64,000 nucleotides of DNA from the NCBI GenBank assembly GCA_050952085.1, contig JBMNKH010000004.1, forward strand, positions 508,793-572,792, given 5' to 3'. Every line of letters begins with the position of its first letter. The stretch's first letter is position 1. Below the pieces are notes generated by a model. It was not told where the DNA came from. It ran no database searches and worked only from the letters and a program-made list of their open reading frames with translations. Position numbers and translations under genes: made by a program. This document shows, in pieces, positions 1-10,169 of this stretch. The stretch comes from Bacillota bacterium (lineage in GTDB: Bacteria; Bacillota; Sulfobacillia; Fermentithermobacillales; Fermentithermobacillaceae).

Positions 1-2
1 GA

Positions 3-926
3 CTCATGCTTGACGTGGTGATAGCGCTTTTGCCCGCTGCTATAGCCGGAACCATACTGTTTGGTTTCAGGTCTTTGTTGGTCATCCTGGCTTCGGTAGC
101 TTCGGCGGTGGCTTCAGAAGCTATTTATCAAAAAGCCGTAAAAAGACCGGTCAGCATAAACGATTTTTCGGCGGTGATCACAGGTTTGCTCCTGGCATTG
201 ACATTGCCGCCGGATGTGCCTGTATGGATACCGGTTATCGGGTCGGCATTTGCGATCGTAATTGCAAAGCAGGTTTTTGGCGGTTTAGGGTACAACTTTG
301 TCAATCCTGCGCTTGCAGCCAGGGCGTTCTTAATTGCTGCATGGCCTTTGCACATGACAAGGGATTGGCTTAATCCCATGACCTATGAGGCCCTTTCTTC
401 TGCAACGCCGCTGGTTGGGTTCAATGCAACCGGGCAGGCCGGCCTGACGTTGACACAAATGCTCCTTGGCCAAAGGCCCGGGTCGATTGGCGAAACCTGC
501 ATACTGGCGCTGCTACTCGGAGGGCTCTACCTGATAGTCAGGGATGTCATAGACTACAGGATCCCCTTGGGTTACCTGGGTACCCTGGCCCTAGGCACTT
601 GGATTTTCGGGAAACCAGGGGCGCTTTTCCAGGGCGGCGCCCTCAGCGGGGTATTCCTGGGCGGGGCGTTCATAGGAGCGTTTTTCATGGCCACAGACTA
701 TGTGACGTCGCCTGTCACTCAAAGGGGCAGGTTGTATATGGGGATAGGCGCCGGGCTTATCACTTTGGTGATAAGGTTGTGGGGAGGCTACCCTGAAGGC
801 GTTACCTATGCCATTTTGTTCATGAATCTTGTTACACCGTTGATTGACAACTATGTAATACCCAGATATTACGGATCCGGCCATGACGCAAAGGCCCGGA
901 AAGCAGCCGGAGGTGAGACCAGGTGA
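3..926 (+). CDS. rnfD: Rnf complex subunit D (RnfD/NqrB family), 5'-partial at the window edge
   Basis: Polytopic membrane protein with the GYNFVNPALAARAF NqrB/RnfD signature. An SSATPL stretch matches the flavinylation-site context. Its stop overlaps the next gene's start. Confidence 0.85.
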   Translation, partial: LMLDVVIALLPAAIAGTILFGFRSLLVILASVASAVASEAIYQKAVKRPVSINDFSAVITGLLLALTLPPDVPVWIPVIGSAFAIVIAKQVFGGLGYNFVNPALAARAFLIAAWPLHMTRDWLNPMTYEALSSATPLVGFNATGQAGLTLTQMLLGQRPGSIGETCILALLLGGLYLIVRDVIDYRIPLGYLGTLALGTWIFGKPGALFQGGALSGVFLGGAFIGAFFMATDYVTSPVTQRGRLYMGIGAGLITLVIRLWGGYPEGVTYAILFMNLVTPLIDNYVIPRYYGSGHDAKARKAAGGETR

Positions 927-1570
927 ATAAGAACAAAGCATCTCTGGGTTATGATTTCATCAAAGGATTCATACAGGAAAACCCGACTTTCAGTCTAGCG
1001 GTAGGTATGTGTCCTACATTGGCGGTTACAACGTCTTTGGTCAATGGGTTTTGGATGGGAGTTGCGGTGATCTTTGTGCTCACCTTCTCCAACGTGTTTG
1101 TATCCTTGTTGCGGAAGGTAATCCCTGACGAAATCCGTATCCCTGTTTTCATAATTCTGATTGCAACTCCGGTTGTGATAGTGGAATTGGTGATGAAGGC
1201 ATATATGCCTGCGATGTACAATATCTTGGGGATTTTTGTGCCGCTCATTGTGGTTAACTGCATAATTTTCCACCGCGCTGAAGCGTTTGCGTACAGAAAC
1301 CCTGTGCTCAACTCGGCAATGGATGCCCTGGGCTCAGGCATGGCTTTTACGCTTAACCTGATGTTGATTGGCGGTATACGGGAATTCCTGGGAACCGGGC
1401 AAATCGCATTCGGGAGCGCTGTATTCCCCAAGGTTCCGTTGTTTGAACCTGCAGCTGTGATGTTGACACCTCCCGGCGGGTTCATAACCCTGGGCGCCCT
1501 GATGGCTTTGCTCAATATCGCAGTAGCCCGGGCAAGTAAGCGCAAGAAATCTGAGTCGCAGGTTGGTTAA
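923..1570 (+). CDS. rnfE: Rnf complex subunit E
   Basis: GMCPTLAVTTS motif typical of RnfE/NqrD. About six transmembrane helices. GTG start overlaps the rnfD stop. Confidence 0.85.
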   Translation: MNKNKASLGYDFIKGFIQENPTFSLAVGMCPTLAVTTSLVNGFWMGVAVIFVLTFSNVFVSLLRKVIPDEIRIPVFIILIATPVVIVELVMKAYMPAMYNILGIFVPLIVVNCIIFHRAEAFAYRNPVLNSAMDALGSGMAFTLNLMLIGGIREFLGTGQIAFGSAVFPKVPLFEPAAVMLTPPGGFITLGALMALLNIAVARASKRKKSESQVG

Positions 1571-1591
1571 GGCAACAGCCGGAAGGAGTGA

Positions 1592-2185
1592 TTGTGCATG
1601 GAAGTACTCGGGATAATCTTGGCAGGCGTGCTAATCAATAATTTTGTTTTCATGCAGTATCTCGGGCTGTGCCCGTTCTTGGGGGTTTCAAAAGACCTGA
1701 ATATGGCCACAGGTATGTCAGGTGCAGTGATCTTCGTCATAACTGTTGCCTCAACGGTAACAGCTGCGCTCGAGCAATATGTTCTGAAGCCCTTGGAACT
1801 GGAATACCTGAGAACTATCGTATATATCCTGGTTATCGCCTCATTTGTGCAGTTGGTTGAAATATTTATGAAGAAGACTCTGCCTGGTTTGTATCAGGCC
1901 TTGGGAATCTACCTCCCGCTCATCACTACCAACTGCGCTGTGTTAGGCGCAGCCATGTTGAACGTGACCAAATCATACGGGGTTGTGCTAAGCACTCTGA
2001 GCGGGTTCGCAGGAGCTGTTGGTTGGAGTCTTGCGATAATCATCTTCGCGGGGATACGTGAAAGGTGGAAACTCATGGACATACCTGCCACCTTAGACGG
2101 CTTCCCGCTGGCATTGATTTCAACCGGTCTCATGTCCCTTGCGTTCCTGGGTTTCTCAGGCTTGTTCGCAAACCTGGTTAAGTAA
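1592..2185 (+). CDS. rnfA: Rnf complex subunit A
   Basis: LGLCPFLGVS motif typical of RnfA/NqrE. Membrane protein of 197 aa. GGAGTG ribosome-binding site upstream. Confidence 0.85.
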   Translation: MCMEVLGIILAGVLINNFVFMQYLGLCPFLGVSKDLNMATGMSGAVIFVITVASTVTAALEQYVLKPLELEYLRTIVYILVIASFVQLVEIFMKKTLPGLYQALGIYLPLITTNCAVLGAAMLNVTKSYGVVLSTLSGFAGAVGWSLAIIIFAGIRERWKLMDIPATLDGFPLALISTGLMSLAFLGFSGLFANLVK

Positions 2186-2198
2186 GGAGGGAGCATAG

Positions 2199-3011
2199 AT
2201 GTTAACTGCACTTGTGACATTGGGAGCAGCCGGCCTTGTATTTGGCTCATTTCTGGCTTTAGCTGCCCAGAAGTTCAGAGTTGAAGAAGACCCTAAGATA
2301 GCCGAAATCCTTGCAGTGCTGCCCGGAGCTAATTGCGGTGCGTGCGGTTTCCCAGGGTGTGCAGGACTGGCTGCTGCAATAGCTAAAGGCGAAGCTCCCT
2401 GTAACGCTTGCGTACCAGGTGGGGATGGAGTTGCCGAGAAACTTGCTTCTATCATGGGCATGGCTTGTGACGCGGTTGAGCCAATGATAGCCGTGGTATA
2501 TTGTCAAGGCGATGATGACCGTGCTGAGATTGTGGCAGAATACCACGGGGTAATGGATTGCAAGGCTCTGGACCAGCTTGGTGGCTCCAAAGGATGTCCG
2601 TATGGATGCCTTGGGCTTGGAACTTGTGTAAGAGCATGTCCTTTTGATGCCATGTACATGTCACCTAAGGGACTGCCTGTTGTTATCGAAAAGAAGTGTA
2701 CAGGGTGCGGCGCTTGTGTTAGGGCATGCCCAAGGGGCGTGATCGATCTGGCGCCCGTCAGCAAGCGGGTTCACATATTGTGCAAGTCATACGACAAGGG
2801 GCCTCAGGTACGGAAGTACTGCAAGGTGGGTTGCATTGCATGCCGTATTTGTGTCAGATCTTGTCCCCAGAAGGCAATATCAATGGACAGGGATACCTTG
2901 GCTAAGATCGATTATTCGCTATGTGACAACTGTGGGATTTGCGCCACCAAGTGTCCGGCTAAGACAATCGTTGACAGGAGACGTTCAGAGGCAGGCAAGC
3001 AAGTTTCGTAA
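2199..3011 (+). CDS. rnfB: Rnf complex subunit B (polyferredoxin)
   Basis: N-terminal transmembrane helix, a CGACGFPGC motif and several CxxCxxCxxxCP 4Fe-4S motifs. Confidence 0.85.
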   Translation: MLTALVTLGAAGLVFGSFLALAAQKFRVEEDPKIAEILAVLPGANCGACGFPGCAGLAAAIAKGEAPCNACVPGGDGVAEKLASIMGMACDAVEPMIAVVYCQGDDDRAEIVAEYHGVMDCKALDQLGGSKGCPYGCLGLGTCVRACPFDAMYMSPKGLPVVIEKKCTGCGACVRACPRGVIDLAPVSKRVHILCKSYDKGPQVRKYCKVGCIACRICVRSCPQKAISMDRDTLAKIDYSLCDNCGICATKCPAKTIVDRRRSEAGKQVS

Positions 3012-3084
3012 CAGATTTACATTGTCCTGGGTTCTGTTAACGCAGTCCGCGTCCAGAGCGGATTTGATGCCTAGGAGGTAAAGA

Positions 3085-4143
3085 GTGTCTAAGCAAGGTA
3101 AAAGGCAGATGCCTACAGCTGTGGTAAATAAGCGTGAAGGGAACATCAGGATTCTCTTTGCGCTTATTTCAGTTGCGCTGGTTCTGGCTATGGGCGGTTG
3201 TTCCCTCCTAGGGAGCACAGACAAACCTGTGGAAAAGCACATTTTCGACATAATGGACACAGATGTCAATGTCAGGGCATACGGCCCCAATGCTGAAGAA
3301 GCTATAGAGCAAGCTCTAGCAGAGATGCGCCGGCTTGACTCGCTGCTGAGCGCTTATGACCCTGATTCCGAAGTGTCAGAGGTAAACCGTATGGCCGGTG
3401 AAGCTCCTGTTAAGGTTTCAGATGATACACTGGCCGTGATAGAAAGAGCTCTATACTTCGCAGAGCTCTCAGGTGGAGTGTTTGATCCCACTGTTTTTCC
3501 TGTGTCAGAGCTGTGGGCAGTTGCCCGGGAGCAGAAACAACTGCCTTCCAAGGAAGATGTGGCGGCAGCCCTTGAGTTAGTAGACTACACGCGTGTGCAG
3601 GTTGACCGGGATGAAGCAACAGTGTTTCTTTCCGTGAAGGGAATGGGTTTGGACCTGGGTGCCATAGCTAAGGGATATGCAGTGGACAAAATGGCGCAAA
3701 TCCTCCGGGCCTCTCAAGTGGAGTCGTTCCTCATCAATGCCGGCGGTAATGTGTATGCAGGGGGCAGGAAACCAGATAATACCCTGTGGCGGGTAGGTGT
3801 CACCGATCCAAAGGACACAGGGGATATTATCGGCGTGATGCCTGCCGAGGACATGGCAATTGTAAGTTCCGGCGATTACAGGAGGTACTTCGTAGTAGAC
3901 AACACTGTATACCACCACATTATAGATCCAAGGACAGGGTACCCTTCCGATACCAGCCGCGGAACTACAGTGTTCTCTCCTTCGTCTATAGATGCAGACG
4001 CTTTATCTACGATTATGTTTATCCTGGGGCCGGATGACAGTGAAGGCATCCTTTCACAATTCGACGGTATTGGCGTTATTTTTGTAAGGCAAGACGGGAG
4101 CGTTGTCAGCAAAGGGCTTGTGGACGGATTTGAGTTCAAATAG
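3085..4143 (+). CDS. apbE: FAD:protein FMN transferase ApbE, probable lipoprotein
   Basis: ApbE-family motifs (GAIAKGYAVD, SSGDYRRYF, IIDPRTG). Signal peptide ending AMGGC. AGGAGG ribosome-binding site and GTG start. Adjacent to rnf, consistent with flavinylation of RnfD. Confidence 0.8.
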   Translation: MSKQGKRQMPTAVVNKREGNIRILFALISVALVLAMGGCSLLGSTDKPVEKHIFDIMDTDVNVRAYGPNAEEAIEQALAEMRRLDSLLSAYDPDSEVSEVNRMAGEAPVKVSDDTLAVIERALYFAELSGGVFDPTVFPVSELWAVAREQKQLPSKEDVAAALELVDYTRVQVDRDEATVFLSVKGMGLDLGAIAKGYAVDKMAQILRASQVESFLINAGGNVYAGGRKPDNTLWRVGVTDPKDTGDIIGVMPAEDMAIVSSGDYRRYFVVDNTVYHHIIDPRTGYPSDTSRGTTVFSPSSIDADALSTIMFILGPDDSEGILSQFDGIGVIFVRQDGSVVSKGLVDGFEFK

Positions 4144-4208
4144 TATTGATTGCCGGTAGCACTTAGTTTTTGATTGAGTTGTTTGAGCCGGTATAAATGG
4201 GGAGGAAT

Positions 4209-4460
4209 ATGGCCATGAGGAGACAATCCCGCACCTGGGTTTGGGTTATAGCTTTGCTTGCCGGAGCAATCGTAGGTAGTGTCATAGGTGAGGTTCTTTC
4301 AGACGTAGCACCGATACTCTCCAAGGGTTTTTCGTTCGGGTTGAACCCTCCTTTCCACCTGGCTCTCAATGTGGTTTCCCTGACTTTCGGGTTTAATATC
4401 CGCCTCAATTTGGCAGGTGCAATACTTGTCCTGCTGCTGGTGCTGATACTTGGAAGGTGA
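4209..4460 (+). CDS. DUF4321-family small membrane protein
   Basis: Small two-transmembrane protein immediately upstream of maf, as is usual in Firmicutes. GGGGAGG ribosome-binding site. Confidence 0.55.
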   Translation: MAMRRQSRTWVWVIALLAGAIVGSVIGEVLSDVAPILSKGFSFGLNPPFHLALNVVSLTFGFNIRLNLAGAILVLLLVLILGR

Positions 4461-5056
4461 ACCGGTTGAGGTTAGTGCTTGCATCCCGGTCTCCCCGGAG
4501 GAAGGCCCTGTTGGAAACTATCGGAATACAACCATTGGTAGTGCCTTCTACGTTTGATGAAGCGCGTTTTGATACAAATGGGCTAAGCCCTGAGGACCTG
4601 GCAATTGCCCTGGCCAGGGGGAAAACCGCTTCTGTAGCTAAGGAATACCCGGAAGATGTGGTCTTGGGTGCCGACACCCTTGTGGTTCTTGGGGAAACTG
4701 TGCTTGGCAAGCCTCACACGCCTGAGGAAGCTAGCGAGATGCTTGAGCAACTGTCAGGAAAAACCCACCAGGTGTACACAGGCATTGCCCTTTGCGAACC
4801 CAGAACAGGAAAGGTGTTTACAGACCTAGACTGCTCCCTTGTGACCATGCGCAAGTTAGAACCACATGAAATCCAGTGGTATGTGAGCACAGGCGAACCT
4901 ATGGGAAAGGCCGGAGGCTACGGAATCCAGGGGAAGGCTGCTTTGTTTGTTACAGCCATAAAAGGTGATTATACAGGTGTAATAGGGCTTCCATTATCAA
5001 GATTTTATGAGATACTTAAGAGGGCCGGACTCGTGATTACAAACTTTTTTGTTTAG
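4457..5056 (+). CDS. maf: Maf-like nucleoside triphosphate pyrophosphatase / septum formation protein
   Basis: LASRSPRR N-terminal motif and a GADT core. Confidence 0.85.
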   Translation: MNRLRLVLASRSPRRKALLETIGIQPLVVPSTFDEARFDTNGLSPEDLAIALARGKTASVAKEYPEDVVLGADTLVVLGETVLGKPHTPEEASEMLEQLSGKTHQVYTGIALCEPRTGKVFTDLDCSLVTMRKLEPHEIQWYVSTGEPMGKAGGYGIQGKAALFVTAIKGDYTGVIGLPLSRFYEILKRAGLVITNFFV

Positions 5057-5083
5057 TGTATATTGAGAAGTACATGAGAGTCC

Positions 5084-5848
5084 ATGTCAGGGTTGGCTGC
5101 GAAGGGGACTATAGAGGAGGTAGCCATAACCCTGAACCGGTTAACAATAAAAGATTGGCCTGAACACGAAAAGCCCAGGGAAAGGTTGTTTAAGGTGGGC
5201 GCCCAAGCTCTTTCCGATGCTGAACTTGTAGCGATTTTGCTGGGCACAGGAACTTCCAGGGAAACTGCTCTTGATGTCGCCAAGAGGCTTATGCATTGGG
5301 GCGAGGCCAACTACGGTCCGGGGCTTGGTTTCTTGACAGAGGCGTCTAAACAAGAACTCATGTCCCTTTCAGGGATTGGGATGGCGAAAGCGGCCAGGCT
5401 CAAGGCATGTGCCGAGATCCACAGGCGGTTGCTCAAGCCTGAACATTACCTGACACCGCGGGTTGCAGTCACGTGCGGGCGGGATGTGTACGAACTGCTA
5501 AAAGGTGATATGGAGCAGCTGGACAGGGAACAGGTTTGGATCCTGATGCTCAATGTAAGAAATCACCTGATCCATCGCGAAGTGATATCCGTAGGGAGCC
5601 TGGATACGTCTGTTGTACATCCCAGGGAAATATTCAAGAATTGCATAAAAAGGAGCGCGGCTGCCGTGATTCTTGCCCACAACCATCCTAGCGGTGAAGC
5701 GGCACCAAGCGACGACGATATCAGGATGACAAAAAGAATAATAGAAGCAGGCAAAATCGTGGGAATTACCGTGTTGGACCATGTGATAATCGGGCGTGGA
5801 CAGTACATAAGCCTGAGGGAGTCTTTTGCAGGATGGTTTACTTGGTAA
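5084..5848 (+). CDS. radC: RadC-like JAB-domain protein (UPF0758)
   Basis: HNHPSG JAMM motif and an N-terminal HhH-like region (ERLxxxGxxxLSDAELLAILL). Confidence 0.85.
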   Translation: MSGLAAKGTIEEVAITLNRLTIKDWPEHEKPRERLFKVGAQALSDAELVAILLGTGTSRETALDVAKRLMHWGEANYGPGLGFLTEASKQELMSLSGIGMAKAARLKACAEIHRRLLKPEHYLTPRVAVTCGRDVYELLKGDMEQLDREQVWILMLNVRNHLIHREVISVGSLDTSVVHPREIFKNCIKRSAAAVILAHNHPSGEAAPSDDDIRMTKRIIEAGKIVGITVLDHVIIGRGQYISLRESFAGWFTW

Positions 5849-5886
5849 CTCTTTACGGTTTGTAATTAAGAGGGGAGTGGCAGAAG

Positions 5887-6915
5887 GTGCAGTGGCTTTT
5901 CAAATATATTACCAGGGATATCGGCATAGATCTGGGTACCGCTAACACACTTGTGCACGTCAGGGGAAAAGGAATTGTGTTAGTCGAACCCTCAGTGGTT
6001 GCCATCCATGCAGAAACCAAGGAATTGCTTGCCGTTGGCACTGAAGCAAAGCAGATGATCGGCAGGACTCCTGGTAATATAATCGCTATCAGGCCCATGA
6101 AAGACGGAGTTATCGCTGATTTTGACGTAACCCAGATCATGATGCACCATTTCATCGGCAAAGCTTACAGGCGAGGGCTTCTCAAGCCAAGGGTTATCGT
6201 GGCCGTTCCGTCAGGCTGTACCGAAGTTGAGAGAAGGGCCGTGTTGGATGCAGTACTCAGGGCAGGCGCCAGGGAAGCCTATACCATTGAAGAACCCATG
6301 GCTGCAGCTATAGGCGCAGGGCTGCCTGTTGATGAGCCGACAGGTAACATGATAGTGGACATCGGCGGCGGTACAAGTGAAGTAGCCGTGATCTCCCTTG
6401 AAGGAATTGTAGCTTCCCGGTCTATCAGGGTAGGCGGGGATGAAATGGATGAAGCAGTGGTCAATTACGTAAAGCGCGCTTATAACCTGCTCATAGGTGA
6501 ACGGACCGCAGAAGAAGTGAAGACCACCATAGGGTCAGCTTACGAACTTGATGAAGAAGAGATGATGGACATAAGAGGGCGTGACCTGGTTACAGGTTTG
6601 CCCAGGACCATAAGCATTGACTCACGGGAAATACGCAAGGCCCTCTCCGAGCCTGTAAACGCCATCTTAGAAGCTGTAAAAGAAACCCTTGAGAACACTC
6701 CCCCTGAACTTGCCGCTGACATTATGGACAGGGGCATAGTCATGACAGGCGGCGGCTCTATGCTGAAGGGGCTGGACAGGTTGATTAGCCAGGAAACCGG
6801 TATGCCTGTCCATACAGTGGACGAGCCGATGTACGCAGTGGTGAGAGGCGCTGGAAAGGCTCTGGAAGAGATCGATACTCTTAGAAAAGTGCTGGCTTCT
6901 CCCAAGCGTCGTTGA
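5887..6915 (+). CDS. mreB: Rod shape-determining protein MreB
   Basis: [13 protein letters not shown] actin-fold phosphate-1 motif. Length 342 aa. Confidence 0.9.
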   Translation: MQWLFKYITRDIGIDLGTANTLVHVRGKGIVLVEPSVVAIHAETKELLAVGTEAKQMIGRTPGNIIAIRPMKDGVIADFDVTQIMMHHFIGKAYRRGLLKPRVIVAVPSGCTEVERRAVLDAVLRAGAREAYTIEEPMAAAIGAGLPVDEPTGNMIVDIGGGTSEVAVISLEGIVASRSIRVGGDEMDEAVVNYVKRAYNLLIGERTAEEVKTTIGSAYELDEEEMMDIRGRDLVTGLPRTISIDSREIRKALSEPVNAILEAVKETLENTPPELAADIMDRGIVMTGGGSMLKGLDRLISQETGMPVHTVDEPMYAVVRGAGKALEEIDTLRKVLASPKRR

Positions 6916-6935
6916 AAAAGGAAGGATGACATTCT

Positions 6936-7748
6936 TTGAGGCGGCTGTTTCCATATAAGAAGTTGATTGCCCTTGTGCTTCTTGTGGCCGCCTCAGTGTT
7001 TTTGATGAACATCACAGGTAGCTCCCCGGACAACCCCTCCCTTTGGGAGAAACTGCTGTGGAAAGGGATGCAACCGCTGCTTGACGGTTTGTTGGCTGTC
7101 AAGAGCAAGGTTGGTGAATACAGTGCCTTGTTCCAGGACAAGGAAGCCCTCTTGAAAGAAAACCAGGAACTCAAAAGCAGACTGGATTCGCTTGAGTCGC
7201 TTTTGACCAGGTTAAACGAAATTGAGAACGAGAACCGGCGGCTCAAGGAACTGCTTGGATTCAGGGAGCAGCTTGAACAGGAGTACAAGGCAGCTGATGT
7301 TATAGGACGGAGCCCGAGCAAATGGTTTTCAACCATAACCATATCCCTGGGCAGTGAAGACGGTGTAACTCTGGATGCACCTGTGATCTCCAGAAGGGGG
7401 CTTGTTGGCAGGGTTATCAAGGTTGATGCCCGCAGTGCCCAGGTGTTGCTCCTCACTGACCCGGAAAGCGGTGTAGGTTCACTCGTATCAAGATCCAGGG
7501 ACTACGGGGTGGTAGTCGGAGGGAGCGGGCCGGATACTTTGGTAATGCGCTTCTTTTCAAGGGATGCTGATGTCCGTGCCGGAGATGAAGTGCTTACATC
7601 AGGTGTGGGCAGCGTGTATCCGGCAGGCTTATTTGTGGGAGAAGTTACCGAGGTTTACGTCCCCCAGCCAGGGCTGGTAAAGGAGTGTTACGTTAAGCCG
7701 GCCGTTGATTTCGCACATCTGGAAGAAGTGCTAGTGATGATAAAATGA
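6936..7748 (+). CDS. mreC: Rod shape-determining protein MreC
   Basis: N-terminal transmembrane helix and coiled-coil, C-terminal beta domain. Sits between mreB and mreD. Confidence 0.8.
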   Translation: MRRLFPYKKLIALVLLVAASVFLMNITGSSPDNPSLWEKLLWKGMQPLLDGLLAVKSKVGEYSALFQDKEALLKENQELKSRLDSLESLLTRLNEIENENRRLKELLGFREQLEQEYKAADVIGRSPSKWFSTITISLGSEDGVTLDAPVISRRGLVGRVIKVDARSAQVLLLTDPESGVGSLVSRSRDYGVVVGGSGPDTLVMRFFSRDADVRAGDEVLTSGVGSVYPAGLFVGEVTEVYVPQPGLVKECYVKPAVDFAHLEEVLVMIK

Positions 7749-8293
7749 ACGGGAAAAGGATGAGTCTCTACATCGCATATGCATTGCTGGCTCCCCTGTT
7801 GCTGCTTGTGCAATATGTCTACCTGGGCAGTGCCAAAGGGTTGGATTTAGCTGTTGTGCTGGCATGTTCTGCCGGATGGCAAATACCCTTGCCGGCTAGC
7901 GCGGTAGCCGGGTTTGGGATAGGCCTTGTCCAGGATGTATTTACAGGTAGGACTATCGGGTTTTCTGCTTTGTCTTTATCAGTTGTGTCTATGACCATGT
8001 CCTGGGTCAGGGGATTCCTGAATCCGCGAATGCCGTTTTCAGACAGCATTGCAGCTGTGGTTTCAACAGGGATTGGCGACTGTGTGTCCTACGCAGCTTT
8101 GCGGCTTCTCAAGATGCCGGTTACTTGGGAGTTCTTCATTAGAGATGTGGTGCCTTACAGCCTGATATGGTCGTTCGTCCTGATAATACCTGTTAACCTG
8201 ATGGTGAGCGGTGTTTCAGGTATTATAGCCATGGTATGGCCCAGCAAGAGGGGAAAAGGGGTAGGTATAGGAAGCGATGAACCACGGCTATAG
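7745..8293 (+). CDS. mreD: Rod shape-determining protein MreD
   Basis: Small polytopic membrane protein following mreC with a 4-nt overlap. Confidence 0.7.
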   Translation: MNGKRMSLYIAYALLAPLLLLVQYVYLGSAKGLDLAVVLACSAGWQIPLPASAVAGFGIGLVQDVFTGRTIGFSALSLSVVSMTMSWVRGFLNPRMPFSDSIAAVVSTGIGDCVSYAALRLLKMPVTWEFFIRDVVPYSLIWSFVLIIPVNLMVSGVSGIIAMVWPSKRGKGVGIGSDEPRL

Positions 8294-10148
8294 GAACAGG
8301 GAAAACACGCCCGGCAATTTGCCTGTCCGCGAGCTAAAGCGGATAAGGGATTATGTATTGATCATAGTGTTCGCTTGTTTCCTTATCGTCATAGGCCAGC
8401 TGTTTAACCTCCAAATTGTACAGGGCGAGAAATACCGGTCTCTCTCAAAAGAAAACTATCTCAGGATCACGCCCATCCCTGCCCCGAGAGGCGAGATCCT
8501 CGACAGGGACGGGGAGTTGCTGGTTACATCGAGGCCTGCCTTTACTGTATTCTACTGGTACCTGGACGAAAAGGAAGCTGCAACTACCTTGCCGCACCTG
8601 GCTGACATACTTGGGATGGAGCCTGCAGAAGTTGAGGAGAAAGTGAGGAAATATGAAGGCAGGTATTTTGAACCCGTGCCTATTGCAAGAGACATTACTC
8701 CTGAGATCTACACTAAGATCGTTGAAGACGCTCCTAATCTCCCTGGTGTCTTCATTGATCCCCAGCCAATCCGATACTACCCACAGGATGACCTTCTTAG
8801 CACAACACTGGGGTACGTAGGTGAGATTACACAATCCCAGCTCGACGACCCTCAATGGAAGGATTACAAGATGGGTAGCATTGTGGGCCAGCAGGGGCTT
8901 GAACTATATTACGAGAGCATACTCAGGGGGATAAACGGCGGTTACCAGGTTGAGGTTGATTACAGGGGGCGGCCTACAGGCAACGTTGGCCCGGGGATTG
9001 ACCCTGAACCTGGCAAGTCAATCCAACTTGAGATCGACCTTGACCTCCAGATGGCTGTAGAGGAAGCACTCAAGAGCGCCCTGGAACAAAACCCGGAGGC
9101 TAAGGGAGCTTCTGCGGTGGTCTTGGATGTCAAGACAGGCGGGGTGCTGTCCATTGCTTCGGTACCGGGATTTGATCCTAACATCCTGATCTCGGGAATC
9201 AGCTACAAAGACTTGAACCAGAAGATCACTTCAGGAGAGTGGCGGTTTGCCAATCTAGCTGCCACAGGATTATATCCTCCAGGCTCAGCTTTCAAGATAG
9301 TTACGGCAGTTGCAGCTCTCGCAGAGGGCAAGACAGACAGGACTGAAGAGTTTTTCGACCCTGGTTATCATCCTTCTGCCCCCACTTTGATTTGCCACAA
9401 ATGGGGAGGCCACGGCTACGTCAACATAGAAGAAGCGTTGGAAGTCTCGTGCAACACATACTTCTATGAGATGGGCAGGCGGCTTGGTGTAGACACCCTT
9501 GCTGAATACTGCCGCGCCTTGGGGCTAGGCATGAAAACAGGTATAGACCTGGGCGGGGAGAACTACGGTACCGTTCCAAGCACTGAGTGGAAAGCAAAAG
9601 CTTACGGCGAAGGCAGGGTAGCCCAGCCTGAATTCTTGTTCTCTGAACACATGATGGTTGCCATGGGACAAGCGTTCCACCTGTATACGCCCATCCAAAT
9701 GGCTTCAGTAACCCAGGCGGTTGCCAATCAGGGAGTGAGGATGAGGCCGAGGCTTGTATCCAAGATCTTGGACTCTGAGGGCAATGTGGTTGAGGAGTTT
9801 TTGCCGGAAGTATCCGGAGAACTTGTGGTGGACCCAGGCATTTTTGATATTGTAAAAGCGGGGATGCTCAGGGTTACTAATGAGCCTGGCGGAACCGCAT
9901 ATTGGATATTCCATGATTGTCCGGTTAAGGTATGTGGAAAGACAGGAACGGCTCAGAACCCACTGGGAGATGACCATTCGTGGTTTGTAGGTTTCGGGCC
10001 TTACGAAGACCCGGAAATTGCCCTGGCTGTGGTTGTGGATCAAGGCGGCTCAGGGTCAGCTGTGGCTGCGCCTGTAGCCAGGCAAATATTCGATGCGTTC
10101 CTGGCGATTACACAGCCCCAAGAGGCAGAGCAGGTAATAGCGGATTAA
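8277..10148 (+). CDS. mrdA: Penicillin-binding protein 2 (peptidoglycan transpeptidase)
   Basis: N-terminal transmembrane helix, dimerisation domain, transpeptidase SxxK (SAFK) and KTGT motifs. Confidence 0.85.
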   Translation: MNHGYRNRENTPGNLPVRELKRIRDYVLIIVFACFLIVIGQLFNLQIVQGEKYRSLSKENYLRITPIPAPRGEILDRDGELLVTSRPAFTVFYWYLDEKEAATTLPHLADILGMEPAEVEEKVRKYEGRYFEPVPIARDITPEIYTKIVEDAPNLPGVFIDPQPIRYYPQDDLLSTTLGYVGEITQSQLDDPQWKDYKMGSIVGQQGLELYYESILRGINGGYQVEVDYRGRPTGNVGPGIDPEPGKSIQLEIDLDLQMAVEEALKSALEQNPEAKGASAVVLDVKTGGVLSIASVPGFDPNILISGISYKDLNQKITSGEWRFANLAATGLYPPGSAFKIVTAVAALAEGKTDRTEEFFDPGYHPSAPTLICHKWGGHGYVNIEEALEVSCNTYFYEMGRRLGVDTLAEYCRALGLGMKTGIDLGGENYGTVPSTEWKAKAYGEGRVAQPEFLFSEHMMVAMGQAFHLYTPIQMASVTQAVANQGVRMRPRLVSKILDSEGNVVEEFLPEVSGELVVDPGIFDIVKAGMLRVTNEPGGTAYWIFHDCPVKVCGKTGTAQNPLGDDHSWFVGFGPYEDPEIALAVVVDQGGSGSAVAAPVARQIFDAFLAITQPQEAEQVIAD

Positions 10149-10169
10149 CCATGGGGAGGAGCACCGGAG

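Noticed and set aside
591-1545. Minus-strand ORFs of 116 aa and 198 aa inside rnfD/rnfE
   Set aside because: They are antisense to strongly supported Rnf membrane subunits. They have low-complexity, Arg/Pro/Ser-rich translations and look like shadow ORFs.
3012-3084. Short hairpin (TCCGC/GCGGA) between rnfB and apbE as a terminator
   Set aside because: It has a 5-bp stem and no U-run, and apbE is probably co-transcribed with rnf.
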